Virus record (IMG/VR): IMGVR_UViG_3300028676_000003
Location: 248,001 to 312,000 of that record
Reading direction: 5' to 3' (one strand)
DNA: 64,000 bases
The notes below the pieces were generated by a model. That model searched no databases. It was not told the DNA's origin and was given only the letters and a program-made list of their open reading frames with translations. The translations under genes and the position numbers were made by a program. Shown piece after piece: positions 10,288-20,558 of the stretch; the stretch's first letter is position 1; the number at the start of each line of letters is the position of its first letter.

Positions 10288-11340
10288 ATGGGTTATTTAA
10301 GAAATAAATTCATCCAAGTAGGTGATACATTCAAGGCTGAACAAGAAACATTTCATTTTCATAGAGGCATGACTTATACTGTAAGTCATGTTTTCAATGA
10401 TAATGGTAACTTCCGTTTTTTCATTACAGATAAACATGGATTAGATATTGAATATCGTGAATACTACTTTGCACCAACTGCTAAAACAGCTACTGCATCG
10501 CATGAACGTCAAAAGAAAGCTAGACTTGATTTCTTTTGGGATAATTGTCAAACATCTTTTGTTTTGAATAAATCCTATCATTATAACTTCGAAACAACTG
10601 AGTTTTTCGACTTCGAAAACAGAGCAGTATTTGGTGGTCAAGGAATGGAAGGTGTAAAAGCAAGAATTTCAAGATACAAAAAACAAATGGTTGATGAAAG
10701 ATGGAGACACCATAAAGTTGAAGGTACAGAAGCAAACTTTTATAATAAAGAAGATTTTTATAAATATTTCAAAAATATTGATGTTGTTGATGATTTGAGA
10801 ATAAATGGATTATATTCTGACCCGCAATCGGCTATAGATATGAATTATTTTATGCTTAGTGTTCCACATTTCGATGAAACGTTACTTACTAGACCCCAAA
10901 CTCTTGAAATGACAGAAATCAATCAATATGTTCATAGAACACCTATGGAACTTGATGGTTTTATTGACCTTGTTGCTGATGTTATCTTCGATGAAGAAGT
11001 ACTTTCTGATGAAAATAAGCTGATAGTAAGCAACGTAATGGAAGCTTTCGAGCTTTTACCTAAATCTTATGGGCCAACAGCGGCCTCTAAGTTGCTTATG
11101 GGTAAAGAGAAGAAAGAAAACAAGACTGTTAAGCATTTATCAGGAACTTGTACAACTCTTAAACAACCGCAAATATTCACATTATGTGATATGGTTGAGT
11201 CTTACTTATACGTTAATGGTATCTTTGTAACAAAAGATGAATACAGCAACGGTGTAGAGTGGAGAGGTGACTATGAGTTCATTGGTTCTAAGATGGTTAA
11301 CTTTGAAAAATTAACAATTCTTAAAAGCATGTTAAGATGA
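10288..11340 (+). CDS. hypothetical protein
   Basis: 350-aa ORF. Confidence 0.65.
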   Translation: MGYLRNKFIQVGDTFKAEQETFHFHRGMTYTVSHVFNDNGNFRFFITDKHGLDIEYREYYFAPTAKTATASHERQKKARLDFFWDNCQTSFVLNKSYHYNFETTEFFDFENRAVFGGQGMEGVKARISRYKKQMVDERWRHHKVEGTEANFYNKEDFYKYFKNIDVVDDLRINGLYSDPQSAIDMNYFMLSVPHFDETLLTRPQTLEMTEINQYVHRTPMELDGFIDLVADVIFDEEVLSDENKLIVSNVMEAFELLPKSYGPTAASKLLMGKEKKENKTVKHLSGTCTTLKQPQIFTLCDMVESYLYVNGIFVTKDEYSNGVEWRGDYEFIGSKMVNFEKLTILKSMLR

Positions 11341-11525
11341 AATTCGAATTAAACGAAAAAGAGGTTCAAAATCTTGAAGAACTTAAGTCAGCTGTAAAAT
11401 TAATACATGATGATACTGGAACTATTACTTACTCATTTGTAGAAGGTGCGATAGGAACAACAGTTAAGGTTACCTTCGAAAAACATAATATAACCAAGGA
11501 TATAACTGATTATAACTCTTGGTAA
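11337..11525 (+). CDS. small hypothetical phage protein
   Basis: ATGA overlap; TYSF...IG..V.V......DITDY.SW pattern. Confidence 0.6.
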   Translation: MKFELNEKEVQNLEELKSAVKLIHDDTGTITYSFVEGAIGTTVKVTFEKHNITKDITDYNSW

Positions 11526-11540
11526 ACAAAGAAAATAAAA

Positions 11541-12260
11541 ATGAAAAAAACAGGATATGATTGGTGTGTAGATGCCAATCTTCGAATACTTGATTTAATC
11601 AATTGGGACACAGAAATGGCTGATTGTGATGAATCATACTTTACAGAACTTATCGATGTACAAGAATTTTATCGTCGTTTAGCTCTTTGCAGAGTTAAGG
11701 CTAATTCTATGCCTCGTAAGACAGATTTATTCTTGGAATATAGAATGTATGGGTTTACACCTTATCAGTTACTTGGGATTCAAAAAGGAATTCAATTTGG
11801 TCACGCAGTTGTTGATTATGGACGTATGGTTGAGAAATCAGGTGATAAGAAAGCCAAGGCAATCTATGATAAATTTGCTGATTCAGACAAAACATTTATC
11901 GTTTTGGACGGTGGTTCAACAAATACCAATCCTGAAAGACTTGGAACCCTAAATCAATTGATGAATGAAGCCTTAGAGAATGATGTTCTATTACAAGCAT
12001 TTTATGAGCCTGATTTAGGAGACCAATTAACTGGTTTTGTATTCTTGGTTGATGAAAGAGCATACGATAAAAAGAAATATCCAAGCTTTGTAGGGACTCC
12101 ATTTCCATGGCCTTTGAATAAGAAGCCATCGGAGAAAGAATACTCTAAATGGGAAGCTGAAAACGCTAAAAACTATGCTTCTTGGGAAGAAAAGATTGGT
12201 GGTCCAAAGAACGCCTTTTTAAGAACATTTCTAGAAGGAAAAAGACTAGCTATGGGTTAA
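11541..12260 (+). CDS. peptidyl-tRNA hydrolase type 2 (PTH2)-like protein
   Basis: GIQ.GHA ... KT.IVL.G ... F.EPDLGDQLT matches the PTH2-like pattern. Confidence 0.55.
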   Translation: MKKTGYDWCVDANLRILDLINWDTEMADCDESYFTELIDVQEFYRRLALCRVKANSMPRKTDLFLEYRMYGFTPYQLLGIQKGIQFGHAVVDYGRMVEKSGDKKAKAIYDKFADSDKTFIVLDGGSTNTNPERLGTLNQLMNEALENDVLLQAFYEPDLGDQLTGFVFLVDERAYDKKKYPSFVGTPFPWPLNKKPSEKEYSKWEAENAKNYASWEEKIGGPKNAFLRTFLEGKRLAMG

Positions 12261-12297
12261 AATATTGACTTTTATATCATTTTTCGTATATTTGTGT

Positions 12298-12927
12298 ATG
12301 GAAAATGATATAAATTTTAATTTAATAGTGTTTTATCTTGATAGATATTATGACATTATAAACAACACAATCTATAACAAATTATTTGATAAAGATGAAT
12401 GGGGTTATGAAACGATAGAAGAACTTACACAAGTTCTTAGTATCGATGAAGCCTTAGTTAAAGAAGTTGTTGAATCTTGGGTTTTATCGAAGGGTTTACC
12501 TTTAGATAAATGGGAAAGTGCATATGAACCTAAGATGCTTAAAACTATATTCAACCCTCAAAGAAGACTTGAATTAGAAAGAATTATCGGTAAAAGTGCT
12601 GAGGCTCAGGTAACAGCTATGTTAGCTCAAGCGATAGCTGATGAAATCGATAGTGAAATTCTTAGAATGCTTAAAAAAAAAGTGAAGACAGCGGAATTAT
12701 TATCGGAATTGCTTAAGTGTTTAGGTTATACATTTGGACCAGTATACTATGACCCGATTACCTACGCACAAAACAGGAAGATACTAACATCCACAGAATA
12801 TAGAATGATTCATGAACAACAAAATAACCCTTACTGGCAAGATTGGTTTCGAGCCCGAAGACAAGACGAAGAAACACAAAAATCAAGCCTCTTGGAAGAG
12901 AATGGCGATGATTTACTTAGATGGTGA
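12298..12927 (+). CDS. hypothetical protein containing a T4-gp23 major-capsid-like segment
   Basis: KMLKT.F.P....EL....G.SAEA....ML...IA.EID.EILR resembles the conserved gp23 segment; the rest is unrelated and far too short for a capsid protein. Confidence 0.5.
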   Translation: MENDINFNLIVFYLDRYYDIINNTIYNKLFDKDEWGYETIEELTQVLSIDEALVKEVVESWVLSKGLPLDKWESAYEPKMLKTIFNPQRRLELERIIGKSAEAQVTAMLAQAIADEIDSEILRMLKKKVKTAELLSELLKCLGYTFGPVYYDPITYAQNRKILTSTEYRMIHEQQNNPYWQDWFRARRQDEETQKSSLLEENGDDLLRW

Positions 12928-13333
12928 TATTACAGACTACTATGCTTGGTTTATTAAACAAAGATACGGTATTACTCTAAATAAACCGCTACGTGGTGCT
13001 CATATTTCATTCATTAACGACAGCATAAGAGACTTAACTCTTAATGGTAAAAGAACCCAAGAAGAAGCTGATTGTATTTGGAATAAGGTTAAAAAGAAGT
13101 ATCACGGTAAAAAAATTGAAGTCGTTTTGGACTTAGACCCTAAGACAGACGACAGAACGTGGTGGTTAAACATACCACACGAAGACAGAGCAGATATTCA
13201 AGCAATTAGAGATGAACTTGGCTTAGGTAGACCATTTTTCGGACTACACATGAGCGTAGGTTACGCTAATGAAAGAAATATCGAACAAAGTATGTACATA
13301 CACGAATTAATCAAAAAAGGTTTTATAAAATGA
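12812..13333 (+). CDS. 2H phosphoesterase-like protein
   Basis: Two HxS motifs (GAHISF, GLHMSV) about 80 aa apart. Confidence 0.6.
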   Translation: MNNKITLTGKIGFEPEDKTKKHKNQASWKRMAMIYLDGDITDYYAWFIKQRYGITLNKPLRGAHISFINDSIRDLTLNGKRTQEEADCIWNKVKKKYHGKKIEVVLDLDPKTDDRTWWLNIPHEDRADIQAIRDELGLGRPFFGLHMSVGYANERNIEQSMYIHELIKKGFIK

Positions 13334-14595
13334 AAAAGAAAGTAGTAATTATCGGTGGTGGAACATTTTCACATGTAAGAACTCACTTGGCGTTGGCAAC
13401 TCCTGCTTGGGGTACAACAGCAAGAGCTCTTTATGAGAAATGTCAAGCAAAATTTACGCATATGGATGTTGAGCTTATCCTTACAAAGATGGCTGATTAC
13501 AAATCCGATATCGTAACAAACGAGGATGTTTCTGAATTAATAGATAAACTAATTCAAGACAATACAGTAAAAGCAATCTTCTTCAATGTCGCAATGTGTG
13601 ATTTTGACGGACAAATCGGATTAACTCAATCAGGTAAGTACGAACCAAGGCTTGAATCACGTGAAAAACCAGGTCACGGTTACAAAATTTGGCTACATCC
13701 AGCAGACAAGGTTATCAATAAGATTAGAAAACATCGTAAAGACATTTTCCTTGTTGGTTTCAAAACAACATCAAACGGAACACAAGACGAGCAATTCAAC
13801 AAGGGTCTTAACCTAATGAAGAAAAGTTCAGCAAATCTTGTTCTTGCAAATGACGTTGTAACACGTAAAAACTTTATCATTACTCCCGAAGAAGGTGTTT
13901 ACGGTAAAGATATGACTCGTGATGAGTGTCTTGAGGAGTTGGTTGATATTGCTTATCACAGAACACATTTAAGCTTCACAAACTCTACTGTTATTGCTGG
14001 GAATCCAGTGCCATGGTCTGACGAAAGAGTTCCATCAACACTTAGAAGTGTAGTTGATTGGTGCATCGAAAAGAATGCTTATAAAGAGTTCAATGGAGCA
14101 ACAACAGGTCACTTTGCGGCCAAGTTAGGGGATAACAAATTCCTTACATCTATTCGTAAGACCAACTTCAATGACATTGGAAGCAATGGAATGGTACTGG
14201 TTGAAACAGATGGTGATGATTCAGTTATTGCTTATGGTGTTAAGCCAAGTGTTGGTGGACAATCACAAAGAATTATCTTTGATAAATTCAAAGAAACTGA
14301 TTGTATCGTGCATTTCCACTGTCCATTAAAAGAAAACCATTTAGATAACATTCCAGTCGTTTCTCAAAGAGAATATGAGTGCGGTAGCCACGAGTGTGGT
14401 GAGAATACTGCTAGAGGACTTGGAGTCTTTGGTAATCTTTTATGTGTAATGCTTGATAATCACGGTCCAAATATCGTGTTTAACAATAGCATTGACCCTC
14501 AAGAGGTTATTACCTTTATTGAGAATAACTTCGATTTATCAAGTTCAACATCAGGATTTCAAAAGGTAACTCTAGGAATCCCTCAATTGGTGTAA
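13330..14595 (+). CDS. fusion of a CoaB/phosphopantothenate-cysteine-ligase-like domain and a class II aldolase/adducin-like domain
   Basis: N-term V.I.GGGT, VAMCDF, KVI..IRK....FLVGFK.T, ANLVLAND. C-term GHFA......FLTS, KPS, IVHFH, LDNHG. Confidence 0.75.
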   Translation: MKKKVVIIGGGTFSHVRTHLALATPAWGTTARALYEKCQAKFTHMDVELILTKMADYKSDIVTNEDVSELIDKLIQDNTVKAIFFNVAMCDFDGQIGLTQSGKYEPRLESREKPGHGYKIWLHPADKVINKIRKHRKDIFLVGFKTTSNGTQDEQFNKGLNLMKKSSANLVLANDVVTRKNFIITPEEGVYGKDMTRDECLEELVDIAYHRTHLSFTNSTVIAGNPVPWSDERVPSTLRSVVDWCIEKNAYKEFNGATTGHFAAKLGDNKFLTSIRKTNFNDIGSNGMVLVETDGDDSVIAYGVKPSVGGQSQRIIFDKFKETDCIVHFHCPLKENHLDNIPVVSQREYECGSHECGENTARGLGVFGNLLCVMLDNHGPNIVFNNSIDPQEVITFIENNFDLSSSTSGFQKVTLGIPQLV

Positions 14596-14596
14596 G

Positions 14597-15139
14597 ATGA
14601 TAGATTACAAACTACTAGATGATTCAATCCTTTATTATGAAGCTCACGGCTTTAAAAGGATTGAATCGCCTTGGTTAGTGACTGATGCAGTTGATTCAAT
14701 CACAAGACCACCTAATGTTGAGCCATATGTCGTTGGAGCTAAGAAGAAAAACCTTATAGCTTCAGGAGAACAAGCCTTTTTGTATCTTTATCTTAAAGAA
14801 TACTTACCAATGGGTAAGTTTCAAACAACAACACCTTGTTTCAGAAACGATTCATTCGATTTTACACATACAAAATACTTCATGAAAAATGAACTTATTC
14901 AAACTGATATTACTACAAAAAGTCAGTTGGATGAAGTAGTTGAAATAGCACTTGGGTTCTTCGAGAAACACTTTGATAACTTAAGGATAGAATATACTGG
15001 CGATGGTTACGATATCATGAAAGATAACTACGAGCTTGGAAGCTACGGAATCAGAGAGTGTGAATTCCTTAAATGGATATACGCTACTGGCTGTGCAGAA
15101 CCAAGAACGTCAAAATTAATAAAATTATACAATGGATAA
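14597..15139 (+). CDS. stand-alone class II aminoacyl-tRNA-synthetase-like catalytic domain
   Basis: Motif 1 GFKRIESPW, motif 2 TPCFRND....H..YFMKNEL, ELGSYG and motif 3 ATGCAEPR. No anticodon-binding domain. Confidence 0.75.
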   Translation: MIDYKLLDDSILYYEAHGFKRIESPWLVTDAVDSITRPPNVEPYVVGAKKKNLIASGEQAFLYLYLKEYLPMGKFQTTTPCFRNDSFDFTHTKYFMKNELIQTDITTKSQLDEVVEIALGFFEKHFDNLRIEYTGDGYDIMKDNYELGSYGIRECEFLKWIYATGCAEPRTSKLIKLYNG

Positions 15140-15698
15140 AGCACAATTGCTTGATATCGATTTCCTTAAGGCTAATCATACAAGAATCTATTACTTTGGA
15201 CTTGGATTTATTCAAGTTGTACTAAATCAATACGAACGAGTTCATTTCTATTCGGATGAACTAGCTAAAATTGCTGTAGACGAAGGTTTTCATAACCATC
15301 GATACAATTTCACATCAATAATCCTTAAAGGTGAATTCTTGCAAGGTAGATACCAATTAATTCCAGGAGATTCTCACATTCTTTCTAACGTTAACTGTAG
15401 TAAAGACAAGGAGTTAACCTATGGTAGTGAAATTCCTGTAGGTTTAAAAAGAATTGAACGTTCAGAACGTGACGTAGCTGAAGTCTACTATGAAGGTGAT
15501 ATCTATGACATTATGTATAATGAGTTTCATAAGGTAGCTTCAAGTGGAAATACCATTACTTATTTAAAGCGAAGTGACTATATCATGGAGTTTGCACAAG
15601 TTATTCGTCAAAAAGATAAAGAATTGGTTTGTCCATTTTCAATTAGTTTCACAGAAGATGAGTTATGGGCCAAGATTGAAGAAATAATCAAAAATTAA
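15132..15698 (+). CDS. cupin-fold protein
   Basis: HNHRYNFTS.IL.G ... FHKV cupin metal motifs. Confidence 0.65.
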   Translation: MDKAQLLDIDFLKANHTRIYYFGLGFIQVVLNQYERVHFYSDELAKIAVDEGFHNHRYNFTSIILKGEFLQGRYQLIPGDSHILSNVNCSKDKELTYGSEIPVGLKRIERSERDVAEVYYEGDIYDIMYNEFHKVASSGNTITYLKRSDYIMEFAQVIRQKDKELVCPFSISFTEDELWAKIEEIIKN

Positions 15699-15699
15699 G

Positions 15700-15942
15700 A
15701 TGGGATATCACACAAGAGACATAGAAAAGGGTGTTTTAGGACAATTTTCTAAGATTAAAGAAGAATTTCAAGAAGCTGAAGATGCTTTCATTCAAAATGA
15801 TGATATTCTTATGATTGTTGAATTGGCTGATATGGTTGGAGCAATTGAAGAATATGTGAAAAAATGGAACTTGGATTTACTAAGCTTGAAACAGTTCTCA
15901 GACAAGACAAAATCGGCTTTTAGAGACGGAACAAGAAAATAA
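15700..15942 (+). CDS. MazG-like nucleotide pyrophosphohydrolase
   Basis: KI.EE..E..DA........ELAD..GAI. Confidence 0.7.
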   Translation: MGYHTRDIEKGVLGQFSKIKEEFQEAEDAFIQNDDILMIVELADMVGAIEEYVKKWNLDLLSLKQFSDKTKSAFRDGTRK

Positions 15943-16009
15943 TGTTAAAAATATTTGGTAGTTTGGATTATTATGTATACCTTTGCTCTGTAATCTAAAA
16001 ACAAATAAA

Positions 16010-16459
16010 ATGAAAAAATTAATATTAGTATTATTCTTATTACCAATGTTGTCATTTGCTCAAAATCAAGTTGACGCTTTGGTTGGTTATAAAGCAGTGG
16101 AAGTAAACTTTTCAGTTAGAACGGAAACTCTTAATTACGGAATCGGTGTATCAGCAGTTGATGCTCAATTAGCAGAAAAACGTGCAAATGACAACGATAT
16201 GTTCTATAATCACCGATTTACTCAGTCTTATGTTCCAGCGGTCTTCGGATTACTTGGTGGACAATTTGATGAGTTTCAAATGGTTGGAAAAATTGGAACC
16301 GCTTATGTTAAACAAAATATAAACGACAAAAAAGATGATAAACATTTCTTTTTTGCTGTTGGGGTTGAATTTGGTTATGATATCAACGATACTATCGGTA
16401 TAAAGGCAAGTTTCGACAACGTAAACAGTTTCATGGGTGGTTTAATTGTTAAAATATAA
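16010..16459 (+). CDS. secreted/outer-membrane protein
   Basis: Signal peptide ending FAQ; beta-rich; promoter at 15978. Confidence 0.55.
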   Translation: MKKLILVLFLLPMLSFAQNQVDALVGYKAVEVNFSVRTETLNYGIGVSAVDAQLAEKRANDNDMFYNHRFTQSYVPAVFGLLGGQFDEFQMVGKIGTAYVKQNINDKKDDKHFFFAVGVEFGYDINDTIGIKASFDNVNSFMGGLIVKI

Positions 16460-16461
16460 AC

Positions 16462-16782
16462 ATGAGTAAACTAAAAGTAATTGGAGCTATTACTCCAAAA
16501 GAGATTCTAGATAACCTAGATAAAATCATTCCACAAGTAGTATTTGATGCGGTTAATCAAATATTAGCGGAACAATATCGTGGAAGTCAGATTAGCATCA
16601 AACAAAAGGAAATAATCACAAGGATTCAACGCTTAGATAAAAAACTAACCGATAAGGTAATCTATGATAACAAATACATGGATTTTGAAAAGGTATATCG
16701 AGAAAGCGGTTGGGTTGTTGGATATGATAAACCTGGGTATAATGAGTCGTATGATGCTTATTTTACCTTTAAAGCAAAATAA
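16462..16782 (+). CDS. hypothetical phage protein
   Basis: ORF ending GW.V.YDKPGYNESY.AYF.F. Confidence 0.65.
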   Translation: MSKLKVIGAITPKEILDNLDKIIPQVVFDAVNQILAEQYRGSQISIKQKEIITRIQRLDKKLTDKVIYDNKYMDFEKVYRESGWVVGYDKPGYNESYDAYFTFKAK

Positions 16783-16784
16783 AA

Positions 16785-17135
16785 ATGAGTAAAATCACCA
16801 AACTAGAAGGAAAAGCGATATTAGCTAATACAACACCAGTTGAGAATTTTTCTGATGTTTTAGCCTTTATTTGTAAAGACACACAGCGAAGTATAAGACT
16901 AACATCTTATATGAGAGATGGTTTAACTGAGTTATTCGGAAAGCACAATCAACGCTTTAAAGGAAACCACTATTATTATGTTTGGGTTTTAGAATTCAAT
17001 GGTAATGTTTTTCATCTTTATACACATAAAGATAGAGGAACAGATATTGAAATTATTCATGAACATGAAAATAAAACTGAGATTTGTCTTTCATTTCTAA
17101 CTGAGTTGGATAAATTATTAAAAGAAAATGAGTAA
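16785..17135 (+). CDS. hypothetical protein
   Basis: ORF within an operon. Confidence 0.6.
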   Translation: MSKITKLEGKAILANTTPVENFSDVLAFICKDTQRSIRLTSYMRDGLTELFGKHNQRFKGNHYYYVWVLEFNGNVFHLYTHKDRGTDIEIIHEHENKTEICLSFLTELDKLLKENE

Positions 17136-17484
17136 ACAAACATACGATAATAAAGCAATTAGAGATTATATCAGAGATAATAGACATTATACTGATGAAA
17201 TGGTAGCAGATAAATTTGGAGTTTCTACTGGAGTTGTAAGTGCAAATAAAGCTCATATTACTATGGGTACAGATACCGATAATCCACAAAAAAGAGCAGA
17301 ACCTAAATTTGCAAAAACCTATCTTAAACAGTTAATTCTTATAAAAACTAGTGCTTATCATTTAATTATTGATGAGAATGGTGGTTATATGAGACTAGAT
17401 TTAAAGAATCGTAAACTTTCAAAATTAACTGATGAACAAGCTAAAGCTATTATGCTAAATAGACTACATGAAACATATAATTAA
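17128..17484 (+). CDS. hypothetical protein, possible N-terminal HTH
   Basis: TDEMVADKFGVSTGVV resembles an HTH. Confidence 0.5.
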   Translation: MSKQTYDNKAIRDYIRDNRHYTDEMVADKFGVSTGVVSANKAHITMGTDTDNPQKRAEPKFAKTYLKQLILIKTSAYHLIIDENGGYMRLDLKNRKLSKLTDEQAKAIMLNRLHETYN

Positions 17485-18412
17485 AGACATATTGTTTGGA
17501 CTTGCTGTTGGAGACGCTTTAGGTGTTCCAGTTGAGTTTCTATCAAGAGAAGAAATTGCAAGTAATCCAGTAACTGACATGCGTGAGTTCGGAACACACC
17601 ACCAACCCAAGGGAACTTGGTCTGATGATGCTTCACTAGCGTTTTGCTTGGCTGAATCACTTACCAAGGGTTATGATATCCAAGACATTGCGAATAACTT
17701 CGTTAAATGGAAGTATGCAAACCTATGGACTGCAAGAGATGTTGTATTTGATATCGGAATTGCTACAAGTGCCGCAATTGACAGAGTTTATCGAAAAACA
17801 AATCCTATTGAATGCGGTGGTGCTGATATTTCATCAAATGGTAATGGTTCTTTAATGAGAATCCTACCACTTTTGCCTGAATTAAAAAATCTAAGTATTG
17901 AAGATTCATTCAAAAAGGTAAGTGATGTTTCGTCTATTACACATAGACACCCAATTTCACTTATTTCATGTTTTTATTACATGGAATATGCTAATTTTTT
18001 AGCAACAGGAAATGATAGATTTGAATCATATCATTTGTTACGAAGACACTTCAGAACAATGGCCGAAGGAATGGGATTTGATGAAGAAACGATAAATAAA
18101 TTGAGCCGTTTGACTGATGAAAATATATTTGACATTCCAATGGACAAGATTCATAGTAGTGGATATGTGATTCATAGTCTTGAAGCAAGCATTTATAATA
18201 TTTTAACAACAAATTCTTATTCAGAAGCTGTTTTACAAGCCGTGAATATGGGTCAAGATACAGATACAACGGCCGCTATTACTGGTGGACTTGCTGGAAT
18301 GATATATGGATTTGATTCAATCCCAAAAGAATGGATAAATGAATTGGCTAGAAAAGAGGATATCTTGGACTTGGCCGATAGATACGAAAAAAAATTAAAA
18401 GAAAATGAGTAA
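17468..18412 (+). CDS. ADP-ribosylglycohydrolase (DraG/ARH family)
   Basis: GLAVGDALGVPVEF, GTWSDD, GNGSLMRI.P, SSITH and N.G.DTDTTAAITGGLAG. Confidence 0.95.
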   Translation: MKHIIKDILFGLAVGDALGVPVEFLSREEIASNPVTDMREFGTHHQPKGTWSDDASLAFCLAESLTKGYDIQDIANNFVKWKYANLWTARDVVFDIGIATSAAIDRVYRKTNPIECGGADISSNGNGSLMRILPLLPELKNLSIEDSFKKVSDVSSITHRHPISLISCFYYMEYANFLATGNDRFESYHLLRRHFRTMAEGMGFDEETINKLSRLTDENIFDIPMDKIHSSGYVIHSLEASIYNILTTNSYSEAVLQAVNMGQDTDTTAAITGGLAGMIYGFDSIPKEWINELARKEDILDLADRYEKKLKENE

Positions 18413-19637
18413 ACAAATCACACACGAATTCCTAGTAGAGAATGGACTGATATTATTCGAAACCATTATTGGTTCACAAGCATACGGTACTCAAACACCT
18501 GCAAGTGATATTGATAAGAAATTCGTGTATATCCTTCCTGAAGACTACATCTTAGGAACTGGTTATGTTGAACAAATCAACGTAAACAAAGATTACACAG
18601 GATGGGAGATTAGGCGTTTCTTATAACTTATGGGTTCAAACAATCCAACAGTACTAGAGCTTTTAAATAGCCCTGCTGACTGTATTATCTCAAAGCATCC
18701 TCTTTTTGACCTTATTCTTGAAAATAAAGACAAGTTTATCACCAAAATCTGTAAAGATTCGTTTGGTGGTTATGCAAGACAACAAATCAAGAAAGCAAAG
18801 GGCCTAAACAAGAAACAAAATTGGGAACACGATAAGGTAGTGAGAAAAGACCTATTAGATTTCTGTTATGTTATTGAAGGAGATAAATCAATTCCTTGGA
18901 GAAAATGGAACAACGGAAAATATGATGAAAAATTCATTGGTGCCGTAAATCTTCCAAACGCAAGAGACGTTTATGCTTTACACTACGATACAGTTGGTGA
19001 ATTGACTCATTCTGAGATTCATCCTGTTAAAGACAGAGAATACAGAAAAATTATTCTTAAAGAAGCTGGTAAACCAATGGGATTAGGATATAAAGGACTT
19101 ATCAACACTGGACAAGAAGACTCAGAAGGTAAGATTAACTATGGTATTTCAAACCAATTACGTCTATCTAGTATTCCAAAAGATGAAAAGGTTATTTGTA
19201 ACATAGTTTACAACAAAGATGGTTATTCAGAACACTGTAAAGATTTCAAAGAGTATGAAGAATGGTTGGAAAATCGTAATGAAGCTCGTTATGTTGAAAC
19301 ACAAGAACACGGTCAAAGAATTGATGGTAAGAATATGATGCATTGTATGCGACTTATCAAAATGTCTCAAGAAATCGGAGAAGGTAAAGGTATCATCGTT
19401 AGAAGACCTGATGCTCAAGAACTTCTTAAAATTAGACGTGGTGAGGTTGATTTAGAAACACTTATTGCGCTTGCCGATGAAGAGATTGAAAAGATGGATA
19501 AAATCTTTGATAATTCAAACCTTCCATCAAGCGTTGACAAGAAACTTGTTAACCAACTATTAATAAAAATCCGTAAAGGGTTCTATAAAAAAGAAAAAAA
19601 ATCATGGATATCTACTCTGCTCCAAAAGATACGATAA
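18405..19637 (+). pseudogene. DNA-pol-beta-superfamily nucleotidyltransferase (RlaP/YcgL-like) interrupted by an in-frame TAA at 18624-18626
   Basis: GSQAYG..TP.SD.D lies in the first ORF and continues in the same frame as WEIRRFL*LMGSNNP.VLELL; C-term DGKNMMHC.RL. Confidence 0.75.
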
Positions 19638-20158
19638 GAACAAATTCAGGGTTATTCATCAACGTGTTTGAGACTGACCCTGATACTATCATAATCGAAG
19701 ATGTTGCTCACGCACTAGCACACATGCCAAGATTTGGTGCTCACTTGGATGAATTTTATTCAGTTGCGCAACATAGCGTATATTGCTTTAATCTTGCAAT
19801 AATGCATGGACTTGAATACGGCCTAGCCGCTCTTCTTCACGATGCAAGTGAAGCATATATTCTAGATATGCCAACACCAATCAAGAGACACTTACCTGAT
19901 TATCAGGCGGTGGAACACAAGTTGATGATGGCTATTGCAAAGAAATTTGGTTTCGAGTTTCCATTGAATCCTGTTATTAAAGAAGTTGATAAAGAAGCAT
20001 TGGATTATGAGTATAAGAATATGGTAAACGAAGATACTAAGGGTCTTGACCCTAATTTCGTTATCATGACACCAAAAGAGGCTAAAGCTGAATTCCTAGC
20101 AATGTTTCAATTGATTCAAAAATATCTTGCAAAACAAGAGGTACACGAGGTTGATTAA
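19604..20158 (+). CDS. HD-domain 5'-deoxynucleotidase (YfbR-like)
   Basis: I.DVAHALA..PRF.AH...FYSVAQHS ... LLHDASEAY..D.PTP.K. Confidence 0.85.
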   Translation: MDIYSAPKDTIRTNSGLFINVFETDPDTIIIEDVAHALAHMPRFGAHLDEFYSVAQHSVYCFNLAIMHGLEYGLAALLHDASEAYILDMPTPIKRHLPDYQAVEHKLMMAIAKKFGFEFPLNPVIKEVDKEALDYEYKNMVNEDTKGLDPNFVIMTPKEAKAEFLAMFQLIQKYLAKQEVHEVD

Positions 20159-20481
20159 TCAACAAAAGGATTATGTTTTTGTAGAAATTTGATGTTATCA
20201 TCAGCAATTTCACAATCACCAATAAAAGCAAATACTTCTTCATCTGATAACTTACGCCATTCGTTTTTGGCTTCAGTTTTAGATGAAAAGTGCTTACGGT
20301 GCATCCAACGTTCTACTTTAAGGTAGTTGTTAGATTCGTAGAATTTAAGTAAGACGATTTTATCAGGATTACCTGTTTGAAGCTGTTTTACCCTCTTTTT
20401 CGGGTCGTTCTTGGTAATTCCAATTTTGTGTTTTTCGACACCATCTGTGTCGGTGCATAATAGTAAGTAGACATATCCCAT
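20155..20481 (-). CDS. GIY-YIG nuclease family protein (T5orf172/Mug113-like)
   Basis: GYVYL.......KIGIT.....R..QLQTGNP ... E...H ... EW. Confidence 0.8.
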   Translation of the reverse strand: MGYVYLLLCTDTDGVEKHKIGITKNDPKKRVKQLQTGNPDKIVLLKFYESNNYLKVERWMHRKHFSSKTEAKNEWRKLSDEEVFAFIGDCEIADDNIKFLQKHNPFVD

Positions 20482-20558
20482 AATACAAAGATACGAAGAA
20501 ATACCTGGTAGGTCAAGTAGTATCGAATAAAAAATTTAAAAAATAATTACAAAAAAGC

